Positions 1-9,631 of a stretch of DNA of 64,000 nucleotides are shown in pieces (position 1 is the stretch's first letter; each line of letters starts with the position of its first letter). The stretch is from positions 1 to 64,000 of IMG/VR virus record IMGVR_UViG_3300028558_000791; one strand, given 5' to 3'. The notes below the pieces were generated by a model. That model ran no database searches and was not told where the DNA came from. It saw nothing but the letters and a program-made list of their open reading frames with translations. Position numbers and translations under genes: made by a program.

Positions 1-882
1 ATGTCAACAGAAAAGAAATCGAAGGTTGGACTCTGGGCTTTGTTTGCTAAACTTGGCACCAAACTCTCCGGCGTTCTCGCTAAGCTTTTGAAGGGTCTCA
101 AACTAACTAAGGTTGGTTTGGCTGCCCTTTCTTTGGCTGGATACGCAGCAGTTTTCAATTGGAAATTCGGATTGCTTCTAATGGCAGCAATCGGTTTCCA
201 TGAGAGCGGGCACGTCTGGGCTATGAAGAAAATGGGAATCAAAACCAAAGGATTCTACTTCTTGCCCTTTATCGGAGGCGCTGCAATTGCCGAAGAGCAA
301 TACAAAACCTATGGGGAGAACGCTTACATTGCAATCATGGGTCCTGTCTGGGGCGCATTGATGGCGTGGTGTTCTGGTATTCTCTATTGGGTAACTGGTA
401 ATCCAATGTGGGCTGCGGCCGGTGCTTGGATGGCCACACTCAATCTGTTTAACCTCTTGCCCATTACTCCATTGGATGGTGGGCAGTTGATGCGAGCCAT
501 TGCATTCTCTGTTCACAAAAATCTTGGCGTGGTATTCTTAGCAATTTCTTTGCTAGGTGCCGGGATTATTATGTGGAAATTGCACATCGGATTGTTCGTA
601 CTAATTCTGGCAATTGGCGCCGCAGAACTATTCCTAGAAGTTCGTTACCGTCTTAGGATGGCTAGAGTGCGAGCAGGTACTCTTGACAAATGGAAACTAC
701 CTCAGAGTCATCTAGACTATGATCAACCGGATGGCCTGAAACGTTATCCTGATTCGATGAATAAAAAACAATTGGCGCTGACAGCCGTTGCATATGCTGG
801 AACAATCGCTGTGCTCATTGCACTGCTATTCCTGATGCAGGGAGTACCTGGATCTGATCTAGCGAAACAGTTCCTCGAATGA
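1..882 (+). CDS. Site-2 protease (peptidase M50) family membrane metalloprotease
   Basis: HESGH (HExxH) and NLLPITPLDGG (NxxPxxxLDG) motifs; multiple TM segments. Confidence 0.9.
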   Translation: MSTEKKSKVGLWALFAKLGTKLSGVLAKLLKGLKLTKVGLAALSLAGYAAVFNWKFGLLLMAAIGFHESGHVWAMKKMGIKTKGFYFLPFIGGAAIAEEQYKTYGENAYIAIMGPVWGALMAWCSGILYWVTGNPMWAAAGAWMATLNLFNLLPITPLDGGQLMRAIAFSVHKNLGVVFLAISLLGAGIIMWKLHIGLFVLILAIGAAELFLEVRYRLRMARVRAGTLDKWKLPQSHLDYDQPDGLKRYPDSMNKKQLALTAVAYAGTIAVLIALLFLMQGVPGSDLAKQFLE

Positions 883-1121
883 TCGATCATTAATCCTGAT
901 CAATAACAGGGTACGTACGATCAACTATTACATAACTCCCCCTATAGATCCCCCACGCGTTTGTCGAGATCGAGTTCAAAAAGATCCGGAATACGCGGCA
1001 CAGATGTGTCGGGACTCCAAAAGAGAATTACTAGATAATCAATATCTTACGAATTTTCTTGGGAGTCCTTATGGTAGGATGCGGGTACCAACCCGTGTAG
1101 TTCGATATAAATTACTGAACA

Positions 1122-1150
1122 TTGACCGGAGCCTCCGCTCCGGTTATAGT
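1122..1150 (+). promoter_or_regulatory. sigma70-like promoter
   Basis: TTGACC-N17-TATAGT upstream of a gene run. Confidence 0.6.
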
Positions 1151-1186
1151 TGTTCATGAACAGTAGAAATTGAATACGAGTAAGCA

Positions 1187-1381
1187 ATGAGTAACAAACT
1201 CTCAATGAAGCCGTGCCCTATTTGTCAAACCCAGATGTGGGTAATTGGTACGGATGCCAAAGGCAAGAAGATTACTTCTTGCGGTCACAAGTTTAAGTTC
1301 AAGAAAACCCGTTCCCAAAAAGAGATGGATCGGAAGTATGTCAGCACTCCCGATGGTGGTCTTGAATTAGTAAAGGAATAA
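1187..1381 (+). CDS. Small zinc-ribbon protein
   Basis: CPIC...SCGH. Confidence 0.5.
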   Translation: MSNKLSMKPCPICQTQMWVIGTDAKGKKITSCGHKFKFKKTRSQKEMDRKYVSTPDGGLELVKE

Positions 1382-1384
1382 GTT

Positions 1385-1840
1385 ATGGCCAATATTCAAG
1401 ATGATATTTCCAAACTTCAAAAGGAAGCTGCTACGGCTGTAGTAGAGGTAGAGCGTCTTGCCAAGATGGCAGCAGCTATTCCGGATCTTAAGAAGTACAC
1501 GGGTCGTTGGAACAAAGTAGCATATTACTCTGCCTCTCATAACGAGAAGGTTTCAGATTATGATATGCGTCATAACTGTGGCTGTTGTAATGATAGTCCA
1601 TTAGAAATCTGGCCGTATGTTGAGACTGAGTATGGCAAGATTTATTCAGACCCTCCCTGTTTTACAGTTGGTGAACGTCATTGGATTAGCGGAGATAAAC
1701 CTTATGATGGTTGGGAAAAGAAGTTGAAAGATGCTCATATCCCAGAGGCTATTATTGAAAAGATAGCTTATCATTTTCAGTCTGATAAGGAAGATAGAAT
1801 TGCTTCTGTTTTAGAGGAAGAAACAGATAATGGCGATTAA
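1385..1840 (+). CDS. Hypothetical phage protein
   Basis: Tightly packed ORF; HNCGCC motif. Confidence 0.6.
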   Translation: MANIQDDISKLQKEAATAVVEVERLAKMAAAIPDLKKYTGRWNKVAYYSASHNEKVSDYDMRHNCGCCNDSPLEIWPYVETEYGKIYSDPPCFTVGERHWISGDKPYDGWEKKLKDAHIPEAIIEKIAYHFQSDKEDRIASVLEEETDNGD

Positions 1841-2108
1841 TCAAAAGGTACTAGAAAAGATAGCTCAAGAACAATCAGACACAGAGTTTATGTGTCCGAA
1901 ATGTGGCAGTCGTCATTTTGAACGTAACATTCAGACGGGTATCTATCTCTGTCATGATGAGTATGAGAGGGGCTGTCACTGGTCCGGTTTGGGTGATGAG
2001 CACCAGGAAATTACTAGAGCTGGCATCGCTAAAGAATTACTCGAAGCCCGTCAGATAATAGCTACTCTCAATAGTGAAATTGCTGCCATGAAATATGGCT
2101 GGAAATAA
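1830..2108 (+). CDS. Hypothetical zinc-finger protein
   Basis: CPKC...CH...C; overlaps upstream stop. Confidence 0.55.
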   Translation: MAINQKVLEKIAQEQSDTEFMCPKCGSRHFERNIQTGIYLCHDEYERGCHWSGLGDEHQEITRAGIAKELLEARQIIATLNSEIAAMKYGWK

Positions 2109-2119
2109 GAAGGAACATA

Positions 2120-3193
2120 ATGTCAATTACTTTCAATATTAACGAGAAGGCTCTGCGCTCTCTGGGCGAGAAACCAATGGATGCAATCTCCCTTCAGCAA
2201 GCGTTCAAGCAGCGTAGCAAAGGGGAAATCGAAGCCTGTGGAGCTAGTCACCAACAGTTGATTGGTGGGCTGGACTCTCATGCATTCGTGGGCTCCATCC
2301 ACCTGAGTTACTCTCGTCACTACCCATTGATCCTTTCTCCCGATACTGTATGGTTGACCATTGCTCAAGGCTTCGGTAACCATGTCAATGCTAATGCAGA
2401 GAAGCTGCGCAAGCGTTTCGTCCAGCACGAAGGCAAGAAAATGATCTTGATTGAGAAAGATTCCTTTGTCAAAGGTAGTCCTGATAATGATTGGCAAAGT
2501 ACCTTCGGTAAGTTCTCCGAGGAGATTGCGAAGGATATCGGAAAGAAGCGTGACCTCGTAGTCAATGACTTCTCTACCACGGGTATCGTTGAGCGGGCTG
2601 CTTCTGAACTGGTACTGATGGATAGTATGAAGTCTTACTATAAGTATGCGGTCCGAACGCTGTGTGGAATTCCCAACATTACTTTGACCGGAACGGTTGA
2701 GGATTGGAAAAATATTCGCACCCGAGCCGAGAATCTTGCAGAATTTGATTTGGATTGGTGGGTCAATTCATTGATCCCAACTCTAGATCATTTCGTTAGC
2801 GCGGCTGAAGGTAAGGCTAACCTCAAGTTCTGGGACGAGATGTATAAGAACAGTGGTGGCTCTGGTGGTCCGTACATCAGTGGTTGGGTCAACACTTTGA
2901 TGCCATACCTTGAGGATTACAAAGGTAATTTGATCAAGAACAAGTACGCTGAGAAGTGGGATGATAAGAAGGGTTGGGGTGGTGGTCCGACTATGGATAA
3001 GTATCCAAGCTCTTTATGCAAGGTTCCATTTAAGTGGGAGTATCTCGGTAATACTTTCGACATGGAGTTCTTGGGAGGTACCGTTGGAGTACATCAGAAC
3101 GAGAATCTATCCATTGAACCAACTATCGGTTGGGCAGTGCGCGATGCTGGCAAGATGACTCCTGGCCCCATTAACGAAAAAGAAGATTGGTAA
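2120..3193 (+). CDS. DUF4419 family protein
   Basis: YSRHYPLILSPDTVWLTIAQG, CGIPNITLTGTVEDW and GGPYISGW motifs; RBS AAGGA. Confidence 0.75.
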   Translation: MSITFNINEKALRSLGEKPMDAISLQQAFKQRSKGEIEACGASHQQLIGGLDSHAFVGSIHLSYSRHYPLILSPDTVWLTIAQGFGNHVNANAEKLRKRFVQHEGKKMILIEKDSFVKGSPDNDWQSTFGKFSEEIAKDIGKKRDLVVNDFSTTGIVERAASELVLMDSMKSYYKYAVRTLCGIPNITLTGTVEDWKNIRTRAENLAEFDLDWWVNSLIPTLDHFVSAAEGKANLKFWDEMYKNSGGSGGPYISGWVNTLMPYLEDYKGNLIKNKYAEKWDDKKGWGGGPTMDKYPSSLCKVPFKWEYLGNTFDMEFLGGTVGVHQNENLSIEPTIGWAVRDAGKMTPGPINEKEDW

Positions 3194-3281
3194 TGATATT
3201 GGGCGGGTGGGATGTAGGTGCGCATCCCACCTTGACACGCCAATTTTCGTGATTAAATTGTAGGGGAATAAGGAGAACATC

Positions 3282-3755
3282 GTGAGTACACATTGTGGCA
3301 TTTGTTTTGGCCAAGGGCATACTGAAATTTCATGTGACAGCAAGCCACGAGTACGTGAAGATGACAGTAACCCAATGCATAAGATTGGGTATGGTCGAGG
3401 TGATGATAACACAGTACCTCAGTCACGAAAGACTCAGGCTTATTCTTTCATTAACCCACAAAGGGTTGTCAACGTAGGAGAAAAGAAGATGGACCCGACA
3501 GTCCCCATGCAGGCAGTAGAGAATCTTACCATCAAGGAGATCGTTCATCGTTTGATTGAGCGTAACCTTCAAGCATGGAAGGCTCTCCCTGAAAAGATTC
3601 GAGATGCTATGATGGAACGTCCGCAGGAGTTCCAGCTCATTCCTACCAAGAATCCCAAGGCAGATGACTTCGACTACAGTATCCTTTACAACGGAACTGT
3701 CTGGCGTTACCATCCTACTCAGTTGAGCTGGATCATTGCCGACATCGTACGATGA
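3282..3755 (+). CDS. Hypothetical protein
   Basis: AGGAG RBS before GTG; promoter TTGACA-N16-TAAATT at 3232. Confidence 0.5.
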   Translation: MSTHCGICFGQGHTEISCDSKPRVREDDSNPMHKIGYGRGDDNTVPQSRKTQAYSFINPQRVVNVGEKKMDPTVPMQAVENLTIKEIVHRLIERNLQAWKALPEKIRDAMMERPQEFQLIPTKNPKADDFDYSILYNGTVWRYHPTQLSWIIADIVR

Positions 3756-4039
3756 ATCCGTATCGAGTATCCGCAGTACCTACTCCCGAACCTAAAGGGA
3801 AACCTAGAAGCCGCGCAAAGACTCTATGGTGGAAGCTTCAGATTCGTGTGAGAGGTACCTGGAAACAACGCTATCATAGATGCGATCAGTGTTTGAAAGT
3901 TTTCAAAAGAGTGAGTGGCGACTACATAGATGCAGAGCCTATGTTCCATAGGATACAGCACTATGCTTTAGAACAACATGCGGCAGCAGCACGCCGTAGT
4001 CCAATCATTCCTCCCGACCCAGTGATGATTGAAGAATGA
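3752..4039 (+). CDS. Hypothetical protein
   Basis: ATGA coupling on both sides; N-terminal NPYR. Confidence 0.5.
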   Translation: MNPYRVSAVPTPEPKGKPRSRAKTLWWKLQIRVRGTWKQRYHRCDQCLKVFKRVSGDYIDAEPMFHRIQHYALEQHAAAARRSPIIPPDPVMIEE

Positions 4040-4542
4040 AAATCATATTTCTTGACATAGATGGAGTGCTAAACTCAGAAGATTACGGGCGGTCAGAGTT
4101 CTATTTAATTTCTACTGCCGGCTTATCTGATGCTGAGATTATGTTGACATTCCATCATCATCACCTGGACCCTAAAGCTATTGTCATACTCAATGATTTG
4201 GTCAAACGTTCAGGCGCTGAAGTAGTTCTTTCTTCTACTTGGAGGGGAAGGTACTCTCCAGAAGAGATGACAGCGATGCTCAAGGATCGTGGTGGTGAGA
4301 TCACTATCACGGCAGCAACTCCCGTTCTGCATGGTAAGATTAACTCTTCTCGTATCCCTCGTGGTAAAGAGATTGCAGCTTATCTTAAGACATTACCCGA
4401 GCAACCAGAGTCATTTGTAATTCTGGATGACCATAACGATATGGCACACTTGCTGCCATTCTTAGTTCTAACTGATATGGAACACGGACTGACAGCGGAT
4501 GACGTAGATAAAGCTCTCAAAATTCTAAACCCGGAGAAGTAA
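4036..4542 (+). CDS. HAD-superfamily phosphatase (Swiss-Army-Knife RNA-repair HAD type)
   Basis: IFLDIDGVLN, LSSTWR, RGKEI and FVILDD motifs. Confidence 0.85.
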   Translation: MKIIFLDIDGVLNSEDYGRSEFYLISTAGLSDAEIMLTFHHHHLDPKAIVILNDLVKRSGAEVVLSSTWRGRYSPEEMTAMLKDRGGEITITAATPVLHGKINSSRIPRGKEIAAYLKTLPEQPESFVILDDHNDMAHLLPFLVLTDMEHGLTADDVDKALKILNPEK

Positions 4543-4543
4543 A

Positions 4544-5038
4544 ATGCATTGGTGTATGGATGAGACTCTGGCGGTTTTAGCGATGCTCCCATTCATCGGC
4601 TATTTCTTCCGCAAGTTACACGCATGGTATCATAAGAAGATGGGACATACCTGTCATGAGAAGCATTGTGATGACATTCATGTAGAGCATGAGGAGCATG
4701 AATTTTCCCCTTATCATATGGATGCTTCTTGTCGAGGTAAGATGCAACGAGTATCTGAAGCGGATATGGAATACCTTCGTGGCACTCCGGCCCCTCTACA
4801 TATTACGGTTCCAATTACTATTTGGGATCCTCTTTCCCAAGATGATGTGAGTGAGCGTTATGGGAATGACCTTGTTGTCTTCCTGTATAAAGAGCTGGCT
4901 GATATTGGTATCCTAGATATCTCTGAAGAGGAAGTTCATTGGTATGTGAATGATAAAGCTGAGCTTTGGGTTCAAGTTCGTAATAAGAACTTCTTCCATG
5001 ACAGCGAAACCTGTGAACATGGCTGGAGAATAGCGTGA
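4544..5038 (+). CDS. Hypothetical protein
   Basis: Packed ORF, N-terminal TM, His-rich. Confidence 0.5.
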   Translation: MHWCMDETLAVLAMLPFIGYFFRKLHAWYHKKMGHTCHEKHCDDIHVEHEEHEFSPYHMDASCRGKMQRVSEADMEYLRGTPAPLHITVPITIWDPLSQDDVSERYGNDLVVFLYKELADIGILDISEEEVHWYVNDKAELWVQVRNKNFFHDSETCEHGWRIA

Positions 5039-5140
5039 ATACTTATTCAAAGGCAGACCTAATGGTCGCGCTTGAAAGAATTGAAAAAGAATATCCTGCT
5101 GTATTCAGGCATTTCTTTCTAGCAGAATTGGAGAAGCGTA

Positions 5141-5434
5141 ATGATTCCCGAACAAGTGATCCAGGATTGGGTCAAGAACAAGAGACGTATCAAGGATAGA
5201 CTCAACCGTATCAAGAAGCGTCTCAAGAAGTTGCAGAAGCAAGAGAAACATTTTGAAATGCGTGTAAGGGCGATTCAGAAACATGAAAAAGAAAATCGTA
5301 AAGAAAATCGTAAAGAAGAAGCCTCAAAAGATTCGGCACGAAATCCAGACAGATTATCTGGGCAAAGTGTACGGGATGGAGTTTCTGAAGTTGGTTCCCA
5401 GGACAGTCAAGAAGGTCCGGGCAATCAAACGTAA
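5141..5434 (+). CDS. Hypothetical basic coiled-coil protein
   Basis: GGAG RBS; overlaps the next gene. Confidence 0.4.
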   Translation: MIPEQVIQDWVKNKRRIKDRLNRIKKRLKKLQKQEKHFEMRVRAIQKHEKENRKENRKEEASKDSARNPDRLSGQSVRDGVSEVGSQDSQEGPGNQT

Positions 5435-5768
5435 GTATCCCTTTGATGCCATTGCATTTACTGGATCAAGCGGAGCGGCTTTAGCCTATCCGCTTTCTTA
5501 TTTGCTTAAGCTACCTCTCATTCATGTTCGGAAGGGCAGCAGCCATTATGGTCAGGGAAAGATAGAAGGAACCATTTCTTCTAGGCGGTATCTTATCATA
5601 GATGACTTCATCGATACTGGTGCTTCGATACGGCGTATTGTCAAGGCAGTTGATTCTGAGCTTGATGGAGCGAAGCCGGTGGCTATCTGTCTTTATAGCT
5701 CTGACCGACAATCCTATTTCGAACACAAAGATACAAACATCCCCGTCTTCAACGTACCCAAGAAGTGA
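5283..5768 (+). CDS. Type I phosphoribosyltransferase
   Basis: PRPP-binding loop YLIIDDFIDTGAS. Confidence 0.85.
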   Translation: MKKKIVKKIVKKKPQKIRHEIQTDYLGKVYGMEFLKLVPRTVKKVRAIKRKYPFDAIAFTGSSGAALAYPLSYLLKLPLIHVRKGSSHYGQGKIEGTISSRRYLIIDDFIDTGASIRRIVKAVDSELDGAKPVAICLYSSDRQSYFEHKDTNIPVFNVPKK

Positions 5769-6130
5769 ATTCAATGAAGCCCTATATGCACGCTAAGAAC
5801 AGCGCCAAGAAGCACGGTGGTAAACCTGAAGATTATCAGAAGGTCCACGACTTCATTGACTCTACCAAGGCAGCTATGCCTGATATGAGGCATCGAGCTA
5901 TTCTACATTCGGCATTTGGTATCTTCATGGTTGAGCAGGTCTTCGGTACAAATATTACCAACTCAGAAGGTAAGAAGGTTTCTACTCGTGACTTGGCAGA
6001 AGACCATGTCATTGAGGACTTGGGATTCATTCCGACCATGGAGCACTGGCTGAAGAACATGACTATGCAAAATTGGATGTTTGGTGGTCGACGTAAAGAA
6101 GTGAAAGAACGTTTCATCAAGATTGATTGA
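5765..6130 (+). CDS. Conserved phage protein (DUF6915-like)
   Basis: HAKNSAKKHGG...HDFID...RHRAILH...AEDHVIEDLG pattern. Confidence 0.65.
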   Translation: MNSMKPYMHAKNSAKKHGGKPEDYQKVHDFIDSTKAAMPDMRHRAILHSAFGIFMVEQVFGTNITNSEGKKVSTRDLAEDHVIEDLGFIPTMEHWLKNMTMQNWMFGGRRKEVKERFIKID

Positions 6131-6133
6131 GCT

Positions 6134-6460
6134 ATGTCTACCAAAGGAATGTGGGAAATCCTAGTACCGACTGTACGTAGAGATGTACCAGGGAAGTATT
6201 ATACCACAAGGTATCACCGTGTTTGGGATGCAAAAGTTAGAGAGATTACTGGCGGACTAACGGTTATGGTTCCAGCTATTGGGCAATGGGTTAATCCTAC
6301 TACGAGAGAACTCTTTAAAGAAAGAATGATTCCAGTTAGGATTATGGCTACCAGAGTCGAGATAGAAGAAATTGTAGACTTTACTCTTAAGTATTATGAT
6401 CAGCTTGCCATCCTATGTTACAAGATTAGTGATGAAGTGATCTTAAAGTATCGGGAGTAA
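6134..6460 (+). CDS. Hypothetical phage protein
   Basis: Packed ORF. Confidence 0.6.
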   Translation: MSTKGMWEILVPTVRRDVPGKYYTTRYHRVWDAKVREITGGLTVMVPAIGQWVNPTTRELFKERMIPVRIMATRVEIEEIVDFTLKYYDQLAILCYKISDEVILKYRE

Positions 6461-6463
6461 GTT

Positions 6464-6949
6464 ATGTTTTTGCCGCTCGGCCCTGTTCTCTGGGTAAAAG
6501 AAATCATTCGCCTTTGGTTTTTAACTAAAGAGATTATCTCTAAAGAAGGTGTAGTTCATTTCAGACGCTATCGTTTGTTAAGCACGCCTTGGTTTAACAT
6601 CTATATTCACAATATTCTCAAGTCTGATGAGGATGCTCATCCGCATGATCATCCTTGGCACTTCTTATCTTTCATCCTATGGGGTGGATACACGGAAGAA
6701 TGGCGTCCAGCCTATGAGGATCGGATGTACCGAAATGGATTTAGCTTGTATATTTCTAAGAGATATCCAGCTACCATGGTCTACCACCACGCCAAAGACT
6801 TCCATAAGATTACTCTACTCAAGAAGAGTGCATGGACCTTGGTGTTTACTTTTGGTAAGCGCCGCCCATCTTGGGGATATCAAACGCCGCAAGGGTGGAT
6901 TGATTTCAAAGACTATCGAGATTTGAAGAACGAAGGAAAGTTACAATGA
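6464..6949 (+). CDS. Cupin-like phage protein
   Basis: HDHPW...GGYTEE...FHKI motif. Confidence 0.6.
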   Translation: MFLPLGPVLWVKEIIRLWFLTKEIISKEGVVHFRRYRLLSTPWFNIYIHNILKSDEDAHPHDHPWHFLSFILWGGYTEEWRPAYEDRMYRNGFSLYISKRYPATMVYHHAKDFHKITLLKKSAWTLVFTFGKRRPSWGYQTPQGWIDFKDYRDLKNEGKLQ

Positions 6950-7410
6950 AGAAGAGTGAAGCGAAACCTGGTGTTAAAGTTCTAGCCTCGTACGCTGGCG
7001 CGTACGATGAGTATACCGATGAGATGATCATTCCCTATCGTTATGATGGAGATGGTGAGGACTATGGTTCTCTTGTGGGTGTAGTCCGTACCAAGGAAGC
7101 ATCTGCTGGAAAAGTTTGGGTCAAGTGGATTGAAGGGCAGTACCTAGATTCTCTTGATGAGGATGAATCGGAAATTGATCTCAAACTGCTTACCCTGGAA
7201 TCTGAACGTAGTTCTATCGAACAAGATTTCAAAAAGGTTAGCAAGGAAATCAAAGAGAAGATGAAAGAGGCTGGCAAGCTAGTCAAGGAAGCTAATGACT
7301 TAGCTGTAAAGGCAAGACTCGGGAACCTGGCCGCTCTATATGAAGCCTCGGGTCCATTGGTTGATGCTATGGATAATGCCGGTTGGCGCAGTTCTTCATG
7401 GGGATGTTAA
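6946..7410 (+). CDS. Hypothetical protein (paralog of 17687-17995)
   Basis: Shared EAN-LA-KA segment and C-terminal AM--xGW--SS--C. Confidence 0.6.
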   Translation: MKKSEAKPGVKVLASYAGAYDEYTDEMIIPYRYDGDGEDYGSLVGVVRTKEASAGKVWVKWIEGQYLDSLDEDESEIDLKLLTLESERSSIEQDFKKVSKEIKEKMKEAGKLVKEANDLAVKARLGNLAALYEASGPLVDAMDNAGWRSSSWGC

Positions 7411-7411
7411 G

Positions 7412-7867
7412 ATGGCAAAGCTATTTGATGAGTTGAAGGCGCTCAAAGAAGCCTACGATACGAAGCTGGCCGAAGAAGGCGAAGATGCTATCAAGGAACT
7501 TTTCAAAGAGTTTTTTGATAAGTACCCAAGGGCTGAATCTATTGCCTGGCGCCAGTATACTCCTTACTTCAATGATGGAGACCCATGCTACTTCAGTGTT
7601 CATGAGATGACTCTTGAAATGAATGAAGATGAAGAGGAGTCTGACGAAGACGAAGACGAAGACGAAGATGAGGATGACTATGATGATGAGGGCTATGATA
7701 GCTATAGCCTCCGCCATTCCGATGACCCCGCACTAAAACAAATGGGCGAAGACTTCATGTATCTTGAAGATATCCCTGATGATGTTATGGAACATGTGTT
7801 CGGAGATCATGTCAAAGTTACTGCAACTCGTGAAGGTTTCGATGTCGCTGAATACAACCACGACTGA
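7412..7867 (+). CDS. Acidic hypothetical phage protein
   Basis: WRQYTPYFNDGDPCYF motif, poly-D/E tract; start reassigned to ATG 7412. Confidence 0.65.
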   Translation: MAKLFDELKALKEAYDTKLAEEGEDAIKELFKEFFDKYPRAESIAWRQYTPYFNDGDPCYFSVHEMTLEMNEDEEESDEDEDEDEDEDDYDDEGYDSYSLRHSDDPALKQMGEDFMYLEDIPDDVMEHVFGDHVKVTATREGFDVAEYNHD

Positions 7868-7881
7868 GATAAGGAAGAACA

Positions 7882-9033
7882 ATGTTACAACTTCAAATTG
7901 CTGATGCAAACATCAGTAGCGGCAGCGTTGCAGTCTCATGGTGTCTTGACCACGAGCTTCTCAAGGTGCTTGCCGAAAAAGGACTGCACGATCCTCAAGT
8001 AGTAGTCGTAGTAGCTCCTGATAACAACTATCACACCTCGAAGGAATCCCGAAAGGTAGTTCCACTTAAAGACCTGATGACCTACATTGAGTGTAGGGCC
8101 GCGGGCAAGAGTAAGATTTATGGATTGATTTCTTTCCGTAAACCCAAGGAAGCTCGTGAACACTATCTCTCTAGAGAAGATGGCGCTTATCGAAATAACG
8201 TTTTAGACTATGATGGTGAGACCTATTCTTCCAACCTTCTTGGTCAGGAGGAGTACGAGGACCGGCAAAACAAAACCTATAAGTTTCTCAGTCAGCCTCT
8301 AGAAATTGATGTGCCCAAGGTGGTCTTTGCGCCTGATCCGCCCAAGTGGGAAAAGCCCTGGGTCAATCACTATTTCCGACAGAAGGTTGTAGACCAGTGC
8401 CATTACCGTAGGCGCCGTCTGTTTGCCTATTTAGTTCAGCCATTCATCGTACTCTTTTTCAGTATCGTCAAGACACTGATTCTAATCGCCGGATTGTTGA
8501 CCGGAGCTAGGGCTTGGTCTATGAAGTATCTACATCCGTTGACTTACGGATTGAAAGACACTTTTGAAATCTGGGAGAAGGGAAGTTTGTTCATTAAACA
8601 TCTTCCAGAAGATGAAGAAGAAAGTACGGACCTGAAATTTTTGACTCCGAGCTATGCTTGGCGTAGTTTCTGGGCGTTACTTTTCATGCCACTGTTCTCT
8701 TTTCCAATTATCTTCTTGATGATTTACCATCATCCAGTGATTGCAGGATTGATTGCTTTTGCCCCAGTCTTTATCATTGGAGTATTCTGCCTTATGGCCC
8801 ACCTCGTCTCACGAGGAAATGCCAGCAAGCTTCTTAAAGGAGCTTGGGAAGGTCTTCATAATTTGCTTACTAGTGATAAGCTGTGGTATATGGAGCAAGA
8901 AGATATTCAACTTATCACTTGCACTGGGGATAAAGGTCCCTTAACTTACAAAAATCTTCCTGCTAAACATAAGACGATTCGCTTAAGATTCCAGAACCTC
9001 AAGACCAAAGTTTGTAAGCCGTTTTCTGTTTGA
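7882..9033 (+). CDS. Hypothetical membrane protein
   Basis: About 3 hydrophobic segments; RBS AAGGA. Confidence 0.6.
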   Translation: MLQLQIADANISSGSVAVSWCLDHELLKVLAEKGLHDPQVVVVVAPDNNYHTSKESRKVVPLKDLMTYIECRAAGKSKIYGLISFRKPKEAREHYLSREDGAYRNNVLDYDGETYSSNLLGQEEYEDRQNKTYKFLSQPLEIDVPKVVFAPDPPKWEKPWVNHYFRQKVVDQCHYRRRRLFAYLVQPFIVLFFSIVKTLILIAGLLTGARAWSMKYLHPLTYGLKDTFEIWEKGSLFIKHLPEDEEESTDLKFLTPSYAWRSFWALLFMPLFSFPIIFLMIYHHPVIAGLIAFAPVFIIGVFCLMAHLVSRGNASKLLKGAWEGLHNLLTSDKLWYMEQEDIQLITCTGDKGPLTYKNLPAKHKTIRLRFQNLKTKVCKPFSV

Positions 9034-9037
9034 GGGC

Positions 9038-9050
9038 GGCTCCCATTCAC
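9038..9050 (+). promoter_or_regulatory. Repeated GGCTCCCATTCA motif (copy 1 of 4)
   Basis: Same 12-mer at 17348, 22734 and 38111. Confidence 0.5.
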
Positions 9051-9193
9051 ACGCCGTTAGCATGTGCATAATAGGTGATATAGTAATGAGGTACCTGCGT
9101 ACCAAAAATTTGGGATAGGCTGTTTACAAAACTAAGGTATTTCCCCTCCTTTCTGCCTTGGTTATATTTCGCTAAACAGCCTTACTCCCATTT

Positions 9194-9275
9194 GCTGAGA
9201 TGGTGGAATGGCAGACACAGAAGTCTCAAAAACTTCCGGGAAACCGTGAGGGTTCAAGTCCCTCTCTCAGCACCA
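9194..9275 (+). tRNA. tRNA-Leu(CAA)
   Basis: Cloverleaf; GAAGT-CTCAAAA-ACTTC; variable arm; ACCA end. Confidence 0.95.
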
Positions 9276-9298
9276 ACATTTTTATTTGAAAGTCAAAA

Positions 9299-9628
9299 AT
9301 GAAATTCTTATTTTTAGCCAGCTTGTTGGCTCTGTGTTCTTGTGCGGTAGGCTCTACTGCTGACACTGCTGATGAGCCCACTGGAACATATTCGGCTACT
9401 CCCAAAGCTCCACAGAAAAATCCTCCTCCTTCTACTACTCCAGAGGAACCGCAAGCTGATCCACAGTGTACGGTTAATTCCTACTGGGTTGGTAATTGCT
9501 ATGTCGTTGACATTGAGTGCAAGGGTAAGGACCCGCGCGTTGAAGTGTCATGCGGTCCAGGTCGCCCATTATGGCCATGGGAAATCATTCCCGATCCTCC
9601 GTATTACGATAACAATATTAGAAAGTAA
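9299..9628 (+). CDS. Lipoprotein, Pro/Cys-rich
   Basis: Signal peptide with lipobox-like LCSC. Confidence 0.6.
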   Translation: MKFLFLASLLALCSCAVGSTADTADEPTGTYSATPKAPQKNPPPSTTPEEPQADPQCTVNSYWVGNCYVVDIECKGKDPRVEVSCGPGRPLWPWEIIPDPPYYDNNIRK

Positions 9629-9631
9629 GTT

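Noticed and set aside
883-1120. Replication origin or ncRNA in the first intergenic gap
   Set aside because: Only one imperfect inverted repeat and a few GATC sites; no iterons.
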